Of a DNA stretch of 64,000 nucleotides, positions 8,910 to 17,307 are shown in pieces. Every line of letters starts with the position of its first letter. Position 1 is the stretch's first letter. Position numbers and translations under genes: made by a program. Origin of the DNA: Minisyncoccota bacterium (GTDB taxonomy: Bacteria > Patescibacteriota > Minisyncoccia > Phycocordibacterales > UBA1550); the NCBI GenBank assembly GCA_023229865.1, contig JALNYL010000002.1, positions 27,577-91,576 of the forward strand, given 5' to 3'. The notes under the pieces were generated by a model. That model was not told the DNA's origin, ran no database searches, and saw only the letters and a program-made list of their open reading frames with translations.

Positions 8910-9320
8910 TTATTTTGTTGGAAAAACTTGCTTGGAAGGGAAACCTTCGTGATGATCCCAGACTGTAGCAAAAATTTCACTCTTGTTCACCCCTTCGTTA
9001 TCAATCATTTGGACGATCTGATCTCGCTGATTATGATTGTAGATGTATATCTCTTCACTACACATTGGACAAATCAAATGACAAACCCTTGTATCGTTCA
9101 TGCTGTGGTCGCCACCATCGCTACAGCCATGAGGCCTGTTGTATCGATGCTCTTGAACAAAACCCCAGTTCTTGAGCTGACACGCCGCATGGCACGAAGG
9201 ACAGCCAATAACTCTTTTTCTTATAACGGCAACTTTGCCTTCGTGGTTTTTTGCTTTAAACAACTCGAAGGCTCGAGTTTCGCGTTCGAGTTCGCGATTC
9301 AACTTCTGGAGCTTATTCAT
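8910..9320 (-). CDS. Cys/His-rich zinc-finger protein, possibly an HNH-type nuclease
   Basis: 136 aa. CPSCH..C at the N-terminal side and CHLICPMC at the C-terminal side bracket HRYNRPHGCSDGGDHSMND. The His/Asn/Asp spacing is reminiscent of HNH. The N-terminus is a coiled coil. Confidence 0.3.
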   Translation of the reverse strand: MNKLQKLNRELERETRAFELFKAKNHEGKVAVIRKRVIGCPSCHAACQLKNWGFVQEHRYNRPHGCSDGGDHSMNDTRVCHLICPMCSEEIYIYNHNQRDQIVQMIDNEGVNKSEIFATVWDHHEGFPSKQVFPTK

Positions 9321-9458
9321 TTCTGCCTCCTCTGAAATATTAATGGACGTGACCTAAGTCAAAATTACACCAAAGGGGAGGGGAAGTAAAGAGGGGGTGG
9401 ATGTCTAAGAGAAAACAGGGTAACAACATTGCTTTCACAATGTTGTTACCCTGTTCTA

Positions 9459-9670
9459 TGCGGGTAGGGCTCTCGGTCACGAGGGAAACACGAATCGTGC
9501 GCTACTCGCGCAAAGTTTACTTGTCGAGAAACAACAGGAGAATCGGGGTCAAGTTTCTAAGCTCGTAAACTCGCTAAGAACTTTCTCCCCGGGCTCGCTG
9601 ACAAGCACTCACTTCGTTCGTCTTGTATACCAGCTCCGCCTTTCGATTCTCCCTACCCGCTACAAAATGC
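9459..9670 (+). repeat. tRNA-Gly-associated repeat element, copy 2 (~212 bp)
   Basis: Begins ATGCGGGTAGGGCTCTCGGTCACGAG and ends CCCTACCCGC. These termini match the acceptor of the adjacent tRNA-Gly(GCC). Same conserved core as copy 1, with a longer internal insert. Confidence 0.6.
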
Positions 9671-9708
9671 AACAGCGCCGAAACATATGTTTCGGCGCTG
9701 GCGTTTTG

Positions 9709-9779
9709 TGCGGGTAGGGAGAATCGAACTCCCGTCTCGTCCTTGGCAAGGACGCATTCTACCACTAAACCATACCCGC
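9709..9779 (-). tRNA. tRNA-Gly (anticodon GCC)
   Basis: Reverse complement reads GCGGGTATGGTTTAGTGGTAGAATGCGTCCTTGCCAAGGACGAGACGGGAGTTCGATTCTCCCTACCCGCA. Anticodon loop TTGCCAA. Confidence 0.85.
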
Positions 9780-10124
9780 AAATTATCAATATCGTTTTAA
9801 AGTATAGGCTTTTCGCCAGCGCTTTATAACAATTCCTAGTATACAGATTTTTAAACTTTTTGGAAGAGGGGAGGGGGGTTTATGAGAAACACATGCGAAA
9901 TGTTTCATGAATAACATAGGGTTGCCAGGATTCGGCTCGCCTTACGGCCGAGACCATCCATTTTAATAGTCGTTGCACTCCTTTAAAATGGTGGGGTCAC
10001 GATAAATCTAGGACACTGCGATTTTAGCGGGTTGAGTACAACCCAAAAAAATCGGGAGCCTACGGTTCGAATCCTGGCGGGAGCACAAAAACGAAAAAAT
10101 CGCCATCGGGCGATTTCGTTTTTG

Positions 10125-10196
10125 TGCTCCCGCCAGGATTCGAACCTGGAATAACGGTTTCGAAGACCGTCGTGATATCCATTTCACTACAAGAGC
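10125..10196 (-). tRNA. tRNA-Arg (anticodon UCG)
   Basis: Reverse complement reads GCTCTTGTAGTGAAATGGATATCACGACGGTCTTCGAAACCGTTATTCCAGGTTCGAATCCTGGCGGGAGCA. Anticodon loop CTTCGAA. T-arm CCAGG/TTCGAAT/CCTGG. Confidence 0.75.
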
Positions 10197-10223
10197 AAGT
10201 GATATAGAGACTGTACCGTAAAA

Positions 10224-11744
10224 ATGGTCAAAAGGCAAAAAAAACGGTATGATTTCACATATAGCATTATGCACACTAAAATTTCATTTCAAATCCCTCC
10301 TGAGGTTTCACATGTAACAAGAACATTGCGGGCGACCGGGCACGAAGCGTATCTCGTGGGTGGTTGTGTGCGCGACATTCTACAGGGAATCAAGCCAAAG
10401 GATTGGGATATCACAACCAATGCAACACCGGAACAAATCCAGGCGCTTTTTGAAGATTCTTTTTATGAGAATGATTACGGCACTGTGGGGATCGTAAATG
10501 AAACAGACGATGAAACATTGAAAGTTGTTGAAGTAACTCCATACCGTACCGAAGGGACTTATACCGACAAACGCCGCCCCGACAGTGTTTCGTTTCACGC
10601 TTCACTTGAGGATGACTTGAAACGTCGCGATTTCACCATCAATGCTATTGCTTACGACGAATCTAAAGGACATCTAACGGACAATTTTGACGGTATAAAG
10701 GACATAAAGGACAAAGTTCTTCGCACCGTAGGTAATCCACAGGAGCGTTTTAATGAGGATGCTCTCCGCATCCTCCGCGCTGTCCGCCTTGCCACAGACC
10801 TTGGTTTCACAATTGAAGTCGAAACAATGAACGCAATCATTGAGAAAGCTGGCGATTTGAAGCACATCTCAATGGAGCGTATTCGTGACGAATTTACCAA
10901 AATGGTAATGACGAAGAATCCTATGATTGGCGTCGTAATGTGCCAGAAGTTTGGGCTTCTCAAATATATTGTTCCTGACCTCGAGAGGGGAATCGGCATT
11001 GAACAAAACGGTGACCATATTTATACTGTCTGGGAACACAATCTTCGCGCCCTTCAGCACTCAGCAGATCGTGAGTGGCCACTCCATGTGCGCCTCGGTG
11101 CTTTGTTTCACGATATTTCAAAACCAGAAACTCGTCGCTGGTCTGACGACAAAAACAACTGGACGTTCTACGGGCACGATGTTGTCGGCGGGCGTGTCGC
11201 AAAAAAGGCACTTGAGGATCTCAAGTATCCGAAAAAAATTGTTGATGTTGTTTCATCACTTGTGCGCTACCATTTGTTTTTCTCTGACATCGAAAAGATT
11301 ACACTCTCTGCTGTGCGTCGCATCGTAAGAAACGTCGGCCCCGACAATGTGTGGGACCTCATGAAAGTGCGTGCATGTGATCGTATCGGTATGGGTCGAC
11401 CAAAAGAAGCTCCTTATCGTCTCCGCAAGTATGAGTCAATGATTGAAGAAGCAATGCGTGCCCCTGTGTCAGTCGGCATGCTCAAAATTGATGGACAGAA
11501 GATCATGGAGGTTACTCGTGAAACACCAGGACCAAAACTTGGGTTCATTCTTCATGCGCTCCTCGAAGAAGTGCTCGACGATCCGGAACGCAACACAGAA
11601 GAGTTTCTCGTGAAACGCACACTCGAACTTGCGAAACTTCCGATTGATGAATTAAAAAAACTCGGCGAAGAAGGGAAAGAGAAAAAAGAAGAGGAAGAGG
11701 AAAAAGAACTCACCGAGATTCGCAAGAAGCACAACGTGAAGTAA
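10224..11744 (+). CDS. cca: CCA-adding enzyme / tRNA nucleotidyltransferase (PolyA_pol head + HD domain)
   Basis: GHEAYLVGGCVRDILQG..DWDITT nucleotidyltransferase head. HD motif LFHDISKP. K/E-rich C-terminal tail. An alternative start lies at 10269. Confidence 0.8.
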   Translation: MVKRQKKRYDFTYSIMHTKISFQIPPEVSHVTRTLRATGHEAYLVGGCVRDILQGIKPKDWDITTNATPEQIQALFEDSFYENDYGTVGIVNETDDETLKVVEVTPYRTEGTYTDKRRPDSVSFHASLEDDLKRRDFTINAIAYDESKGHLTDNFDGIKDIKDKVLRTVGNPQERFNEDALRILRAVRLATDLGFTIEVETMNAIIEKAGDLKHISMERIRDEFTKMVMTKNPMIGVVMCQKFGLLKYIVPDLERGIGIEQNGDHIYTVWEHNLRALQHSADREWPLHVRLGALFHDISKPETRRWSDDKNNWTFYGHDVVGGRVAKKALEDLKYPKKIVDVVSSLVRYHLFFSDIEKITLSAVRRIVRNVGPDNVWDLMKVRACDRIGMGRPKEAPYRLRKYESMIEEAMRAPVSVGMLKIDGQKIMEVTRETPGPKLGFILHALLEEVLDDPERNTEEFLVKRTLELAKLPIDELKKLGEEGKEKKEEEEEKELTEIRKKHNVK

Positions 11745-11746
11745 AT

Positions 11747-12169
11747 ATGAACGGAATCATTTTTGAATCTCAATATTGGAAAGTAGAACTTGCTGATGAA
11801 CAGCTCTATCTCGGAAGAGCGTATGTTGCGTGCAAGACAAAAAGGGAATCGCTTTCTGAACTCACAGATCTAGAATTTTCAGACTTGCACGAGGTAATAA
11901 AAAAGTATGAAACACTTCTCAAGAAAACGTTTGGTGCGACGTTATTCAATTGGTCGTGTCTCATGAACCATGCGTACCGCGAAAAACCTTATACACCTCA
12001 AGTACATTTTCATGTTCGGCCGCGATATGAAAATGATGTGATTGTTAACGGGGAAGTGTTTCACGATCCAAACTTCGGAGATCAAGCGCATCTCACTGCA
12101 ACGATGAGCAAGAAAGTTTCACCGGAAATGTTTACAGAGATTCTTGCGAAACTAAAATCTAATCTGTAA
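11747..12169 (+). CDS. HIT (histidine triad)-like family protein
   Basis: 140 aa. HxHxH-like motif VHFHVRPRY. Terminator hairpin at 12173-12206 (aaacgcctcggtgtgaaaccgaggcgttt). Confidence 0.55.
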   Translation: MNGIIFESQYWKVELADEQLYLGRAYVACKTKRESLSELTDLEFSDLHEVIKKYETLLKKTFGATLFNWSCLMNHAYREKPYTPQVHFHVRPRYENDVIVNGEVFHDPNFGDQAHLTATMSKKVSPEMFTEILAKLKSNL

Positions 12170-12275
12170 AAGAAAAACGCCTCGGTGTGAAACCGAGGCG
12201 TTTGATGTTATACATTACCAACAGTCAAAGAATTGTCGAGGGGTTATTAAGTGCGGAAGCCTGACGAAGACTAAA

Positions 12276-12767
12276 CTAGTCGCTATTTTTAACACGAGAC
12301 TGCTCACTCATCAGCGCAAAAGCACCCACTAATCCCTTTGCTGCCTTCATGGAGCGGTCGACTTCTACCTGCCGCAGTTCGGCTGAGGCAGCCTTCAATT
12401 GAGTATGAGCGCCGAGCACTGCGTGATGGTCAATCTGCGCAGCAGTCAACAAGTCGATCAGACTCTGCCCATGATAGTCCCTCAAGGGCATGCTGGGCCA
12501 GCGACCAGTCAAGGGCCCCAAGGACTTCCATTTGATTGCGAGCACATAGAGCTCCTTCATGCGCGCAAGGACGCTTTTTGCCCGTATTTGAGATATGTCA
12601 TCCAGGGAGCCCCAATGATAAATCGTCGGGCGGGTGACGAGAAAAACTCGTGCCGCATCGGCAACATTGAGAGCGAATGCATCCCTGACAGTGTTCAGCA
12701 TCTCGGCTGGAGTCAATACCCCCTGCGCGCCAGTCGTTTCATTGGGAACAGGAAAATTAACCTGCAT
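12276..12767 (-). CDS. Xre-like HTH / DUF2384 (Xre-MbcA-ParS C-terminal) antitoxin-like protein, orphan and GC-rich
   Basis: 163 aa. N-terminal ARVFLVTRPTIYHW HTH-like segment. C-terminal W..P...L.G.SLIDLL.T..G...V...L pattern typical of DUF2384. The ORF is visibly more GC-rich than its flanks. Confidence 0.45.
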   Translation of the reverse strand: MQVNFPVPNETTGAQGVLTPAEMLNTVRDAFALNVADAARVFLVTRPTIYHWGSLDDISQIRAKSVLARMKELYVLAIKWKSLGPLTGRWPSMPLRDYHGQSLIDLLTAAQIDHHAVLGAHTQLKAASAELRQVEVDRSMKAAKGLVGAFALMSEQSRVKNSD

Positions 12768-12996
12768 AGCAGTCTCCTTCTTTGTATAAAAAACAAACTC
12801 TGATTACCGAAAGGCAATCAGAGACCTAAAAACACACTACCTATAAAATAGTACCTTGTCAAGGTTACCACAAAATCACAACCTTCCGCGCGCCTCAGAT
12901 ACGAGGCGTAAACATATTGTTTTTTTGAGCCGTACTTTTGCTACGGTGAAACAAAACAATATGATTACAACAATGTAGATGAGGATGCGCGGAGGG

Positions 12997-13770
12997 TTAT
13001 TTCAACTCCAATACAATAGGGCAGTGGTCCGAACCATAAAAGTCCGTCATCATTGTGGCTTGTTTCACGCGAGGAAGCAGGTCAGATGTGATAAAGAAAT
13101 AATCAATGCGCCAGCCGACATTGCGATCGCGCGCACGAGTTTTCATATCCCAATAAGTATAGGCGTCTTTAGTATTGGGGTGGAGATGGCGGAAAATATC
13201 CACATAGCCATGATACACAAGCTCATCAATCCACGCACGCTCCTCGGGAAGGAAGCCTGTGTTTGTTTCATTGGCTTTTGGGCGCGCGAGGTCAATTTCC
13301 TCATGCGCTGTGTTTACGTCCCCACAAATAATTACTTTGTGGCCCTTTTTGCGAAGTTTCTCTGTGAAACCAAGGAATGCATCATAAAAATCGAGTTTAT
13401 ACTTGAGACGCTCTGGTCCACCTCCTCCGTTGGGGAAGTAGCAATTCAAAAGGACAAAGTCCTTGAAGTAAAGGACAAGAAGTCGCCCCTCCTGATCCAT
13501 GTCCTTTATGCCCATACCTTCTTCTACTTTCTCTGGCTCCTCTTTTGTGTACACAGCCACACCGCTATATCCTTTGCGCATTTTTGAATGCGAGAAATAT
13601 GCGTAATACCCTTTTGGAGAACGCACTTCTTCAGATAGCTGTTCGGCTTCAACTTTTGTTTCCTGCAAACACAAGATATCCGCATCCTTTTTCAAAATGT
13701 CAGCAAAGTTACCTTTCTTGTGGATAGCGCGAAGTCCGTTTACGTTCCATGAAACAATTCTCATATACAT
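12997..13770 (-). CDS. xth: Exodeoxyribonuclease III (AP endonuclease, EEP fold)
   Basis: 257 aa. MRIVSWNVNGLRA at the N-terminus. ILCLQETK and GDVNTAHEEID motifs. C-terminal SDHCPI. Confidence 0.85.
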   Translation of the reverse strand: MYMRIVSWNVNGLRAIHKKGNFADILKKDADILCLQETKVEAEQLSEEVRSPKGYYAYFSHSKMRKGYSGVAVYTKEEPEKVEEGMGIKDMDQEGRLLVLYFKDFVLLNCYFPNGGGGPERLKYKLDFYDAFLGFTEKLRKKGHKVIICGDVNTAHEEIDLARPKANETNTGFLPEERAWIDELVYHGYVDIFRHLHPNTKDAYTYWDMKTRARDRNVGWRIDYFFITSDLLPRVKQATMMTDFYGSDHCPIVLELK

Positions 13771-13862
13771 ATAGTATACAGCATGAAGGAGATTGCAAAA
13801 AAGGCGAAAAAGAGTAGTCTTGAAAAAGCATCATAGTTCAATCACAAGGAAAGGAGCTTGCT

Positions 13863-14129
13863 GTGTTTCCAACTAAACCAGGATGGTATTTGCGGTATCG
13901 AGTCTTCGGGAGAACCCTCCACGAGACCTTCAGTGAATCACTGAAGGCTACAACAGAAAAGGAAGCTGCAGAAGAAGCAACCCTTCTTTGGGAGCAAAAA
14001 GAAAAACGCTCAATGGGAGGCTACAATCTTCGCGGGGAGTGGGCGGAAGAAGTATTTCCCAACACCCCACAGCTTATATATTTCTCTGCAACCAAAATTG
14101 ACTGCGAGGTTCCAGATGAAGCCCATTAG
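13863..14129 (+). CDS. Hypothetical small ORF (possibly frame-disrupted with 14098-14328)
   Basis: 88-aa ORF. It overlaps a 76-aa ORF in another frame (14098-14328). Only the second ORF is followed by a hairpin terminator (14331-14361). Confidence 0.2.
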   Translation: MFPTKPGWYLRYRVFGRTLHETFSESLKATTEKEAAEEATLLWEQKEKRSMGGYNLRGEWAEEVFPNTPQLIYFSATKIDCEVPDEAH

Positions 14130-14362
14130 CATCTACGATCTTTCACGACGTCAGGAGGTTGAAGCCGTTGCGACGAAGCAAAAGTCCCAACAACTTCCTC
14201 TGCATCTTCAGATTGGAAGTGTGTACGACTTGAATCACACCAAAGCGGCCACTGAGCATTTCCAAACACAGCTTCGAGTACCACAACAAGAAGTTGCGAG
14301 CATCTACAATTGCTCGATCAAACATTAAAGCAAAGTGATACCGCAAGGTATCGCTTTTTTCT

Positions 14363-15349
14363 TTATTCCTCCCTGCTCTTCCCGTGAAACTTCTTGTGTA
14401 CGTTGCGAAGCTCACTATCCGTAACGTGTGTATATATCTGCGTCGTAGAAATATTTGAGTGGCCGAGCATCATTTGTACCGAGCGAATATCAGCGCCGTT
14501 ATAAAGAAGGTCGGTTGCAAACGAGTGACGCAAGATGTGGGGTGTCACCTTATCCATGATGCCAGCCTTTGCTGCATAGTGTTTCACCATACGTTCAATC
14601 GAGCGGGGAGTGAGACGAAGTGAGCCATCGTCTCGTGCCTTATCGCTCGCAAAAAGCGCATCGTCCATATCTTTTCTCTTTTTCAAATATGCTGCGATTG
14701 CAGTCTTTGCCTCATCAGAGAGAAACACCACGCGAACTTTCTCTCCCTTACCACGCACGGATATTTCATCGCGGGTAAGATCAATATCGCGCTGAAGCGC
14801 GCAAAGCTCTGAGAGACGAAGGCCGGTCGAGAAAAAGAGCTCGAGAATAGCCTTGTCGCGAAACTCTTTTACCGAGTCACCACTTGGTGCAGCGAGGAGG
14901 CGATGGAGGTCTTGAACACTCAGTAGGTCGATAGTGCGCTCTGCAACCTTCGCAAGTTCAATCTTTTCAGGCGAATACGACTCAACACCACGCTTGCGTA
15001 AATATTTGAGAAAGCTACGAATAGCAATCAAGTAATAGTTTTGAGTTTTCTTTTTGAGTGTTTCATGACGACCCTCGCGCACACCTGACTCTTGTCTGTT
15101 GAGCCAGAGACGGAAAGTACGAATGAGATCATCGGTAACATCGCTTGGCTCCTTCGCCCCACTCGCAGTGAGGAAGCGAGTGAGGTAGCGCTCGTAGTTC
15201 TCGATAGTCTTCAAGCTTCGCCCGCGCTCAATCTCCAAGTACTCAAGATACTGTCGTGCGTAGTTGCCGAGGGTGCTTTGAGGAATATTGTGCGACATAT
15301 ATATCATTATAGTACACTCACGCGCGCGAAGTAAGCAAACGTTTTGCAA
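14363..15349 (-). CDS. xerC: Tyrosine recombinase XerC/XerD family
   Basis: 328 aa. C-terminal catalytic region HILRHSFATDLLYNGADIRSVQMMLGHSNISTTQIYTHV carrying the R..H..R..Y residues. N-terminal SAM-like core-binding domain. Confidence 0.85.
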   Translation of the reverse strand: MQNVCLLRARECTIMIYMSHNIPQSTLGNYARQYLEYLEIERGRSLKTIENYERYLTRFLTASGAKEPSDVTDDLIRTFRLWLNRQESGVREGRHETLKKKTQNYYLIAIRSFLKYLRKRGVESYSPEKIELAKVAERTIDLLSVQDLHRLLAAPSGDSVKEFRDKAILELFFSTGLRLSELCALQRDIDLTRDEISVRGKGEKVRVVFLSDEAKTAIAAYLKKRKDMDDALFASDKARDDGSLRLTPRSIERMVKHYAAKAGIMDKVTPHILRHSFATDLLYNGADIRSVQMMLGHSNISTTQIYTHVTDSELRNVHKKFHGKSREE

Positions 15350-15377
15350 ATATTCTATAATGCGCTAAACTTCTCAT

Positions 15378-15629
15378 ATGACCTCACTAAATGACGACCT
15401 TCTTATGGATGAATCAGGAGAAATTGACGCAAGCTCATTTTCTACAGACGACGACTTCCGCAAAGAAGACGCAGACGCATCACTCCGCGCGCTCGAAGGA
15501 GAGGGGATTTCTATTGTTGAAGAAGAAACATTTTCTACGCTTTCAAGAGGAGAAGAGGGTTCACGCGACAGATTTTCTCAAGATCTCTTCAAAGAGGAGG
15601 GGATTGAGATTCTTTCAGACGAAGAGTAG
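15378..15629 (+). CDS. Hypothetical acidic protein
   Basis: 83-aa D/E-rich ORF. No homology recognised. Confidence 0.3.
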   Translation: MTSLNDDLLMDESGEIDASSFSTDDDFRKEDADASLRALEGEGISIVEEETFSTLSRGEEGSRDRFSQDLFKEEGIEILSDEE

Positions 15630-15808
15630 GGGATTCCCGGTGTTTAATGGGGCTTACTCCGTTAGAGATTGCGGTTGTTAAAGCAATATTCATTGCCAAC
15701 CAGTCAATGACTACTACGGTAATTTAGCAAATTAAGCATTTTTGGGGTGGAACCCCCTATCTCTAACGGGGCTTGCATTATTTGACAAGATATGCTAAAG
15801 TGCTAGCA
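15630..15808 (+). promoter_or_regulatory. Structured leader upstream of rpsO (candidate S15 autoregulatory element)
   Basis: Inverted repeats ggggcttactccgttagagat ... atctctaacggggcttgc lie directly upstream of the rpsO start. TTGACA is present at ~15783. Confidence 0.3.
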
Positions 15809-16072
15809 ATGATTACGACAAAGCAGAAGCAGACAATTATCAAGAAAGCGCAGATTCACGCGACCGACACTGGTTCTCCAGAGGCTCAGGTTGCTATTCT
15901 TTCGAAGAGTATTGATGAACTCGCTCTCCACTTGAAGAAAAACCACAAGGACAATCACTCACGTCGTGGTTTGCTCCAGATGGTTGCGGATCGCCGCACA
16001 CACTTGAATTACCTCAAGCGTAAGAGCAAGGATCGTTACGAGGCTCTCGTAAAGAAGATCGGCCTCAAGTAA
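15809..16072 (+). CDS. rpsO: 30S ribosomal protein S15
   Basis: MITTKQKQTIIKKAQIHATDTGSPEAQVAILS...HKDNHSRRGLLQMVADRR aligns along the full length with S15. The start is taken at the internal Met. Terminator at 16082-16117. Confidence 0.9.
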   Translation: MITTKQKQTIIKKAQIHATDTGSPEAQVAILSKSIDELALHLKKNHKDNHSRRGLLQMVADRRTHLNYLKRKSKDRYEALVKKIGLK

Positions 16073-16260
16073 AGCTTAAAAAGTCCCAAATCATAAAGAT
16101 TGGGGCTTTTTGTTTTTCGCTCGTCATGCGATACTTATTGAGGGCATACAAAACCTCTTTGTAATCATTTTTATAAATTAAGTAAACCAGTTAGGGACAT
16201 TGGAGCGGCCAGGGCTACCCCCTCGTCGCCAGTGGTCAATCCTTAACAACTTTTAATACA

Positions 16261-16863
16261 ATGGCAATTATCAAACAAAAAGAACAACGCGTTGCGATGT
16301 TCATTGATGCACAAAATCTTTATCACAGTGCACGCAATCTCTATGGAGCAAAAGTAAATTTCGGCGCAGTCCTTAAAGAGGCTATTGCAGGGAGACATCT
16401 CGTACGCGCAATCGCATACGTTATCACTACAGAAGGGGAGGAGGAGAAAAGTTTCTTTGACGCACTCAATAGTCTCGGTATTGAAACCAAAACAAAAGAC
16501 CTTCAAATATTCTTTGGCGGGGCAAAAAAGGCAGACTGGGACGTAGGTCTCGCAGTCGACGCTATTCGTCTCGGGTCAAAGGTGGATGCAGTAGTCCTCG
16601 CTTCGGGCGATGGCGATTTCGTTCCGCTCGTTGAGTACTTGAAGTTTATGGGCACACAAGTAGAAGTTATTACCTTTGGTCGCTCAGCTTCAGGGAAACT
16701 CCGCGAAGCAGCTGATGACTTTATCGACATGTGCGAGGATCAGCACAAATATCTTCTCGGCTCCCGCGGAGGAAGCGCGCGCGGAGGAGCCACACGACGT
16801 CCCGTACGCAAACAAACACAAAACCGCCGCAAGGTTGCACCGCCAAAACCCGAACAAGAATAA
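16261..16863 (+). CDS. NYN-domain (LabA-like, PIN-like) protein
   Basis: MFIDAQNLYHSARNLYG and VVLASGDGDF are hallmark NYN/LabA motifs. R/K-rich C-terminal tail. A bidirectional terminator follows at 16872-16908. Confidence 0.7.
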   Translation: MAIIKQKEQRVAMFIDAQNLYHSARNLYGAKVNFGAVLKEAIAGRHLVRAIAYVITTEGEEEKSFFDALNSLGIETKTKDLQIFFGGAKKADWDVGLAVDAIRLGSKVDAVVLASGDGDFVPLVEYLKFMGTQVEVITFGRSASGKLREAADDFIDMCEDQHKYLLGSRGGSARGGATRRPVRKQTQNRRKVAPPKPEQE

Positions 16864-16927
16864 AACATTCAATGAAAAAACCCGACGAATTTCGTCGGGT
16901 TTTTGTTTTGAAGCGATGAGGCTTGGG

Positions 16928-17170
16928 TCATGTGCGTGCGGCCATGATGACCCGCGCGGCGCGGTTAAGCCACTGAAGGGACTGTTGGTGCGCTTTTTTC
17001 TCGGTGTTCACAGGCTTGATCCGCTGATCTTCTGGAACCGTAGCGGTCGGGTGAGTTCCCAGGAACGAATCCTTGTTGTCATCCATTGCGCGCTGCTGCG
17101 CTAATCTGCGGCGGATTTCAAACGACGAATGGCCCCCCGTGGGACTATCTTTTCCTTTTCCTTGATCCAT
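16928..17170 (-). CDS. Hypothetical small protein, GC-rich
   Basis: 80 aa. SD-like AGAGG lies 9 nt upstream of the ATG. Followed by the bidirectional hairpin 16872-16908. GC content clearly exceeds that of the surrounding DNA. Confidence 0.35.
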   Translation of the reverse strand: MDQGKGKDSPTGGHSSFEIRRRLAQQRAMDDNKDSFLGTHPTATVPEDQRIKPVNTEKKAHQQSLQWLNRAARVIMAART

Positions 17171-17307
17171 CTTGCTTACCTCTTTCTTTTGTTGTTGTAC
17201 AAAAAACCAGCCCGTACACTAACACGACTCTGAAAAACTTGCAACCCCCCTTAAAAATATCTTTTTGAGGGGGGTGTATAAACAAATCCCCTATACGAAA
17301 CACGATA

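Noticed and set aside
9830-10056. Possible tmRNA/RNase P/SRP RNA upstream of tRNA-Arg (GGATTCGGC similarity to the tmRNA 5' region)
   Set aside because: No complementary 5' acceptor strand for the 3' end, no resume codon/tag ORF, and no P4 or SRP domain IV motifs. The resemblance is limited to a 7-mer.
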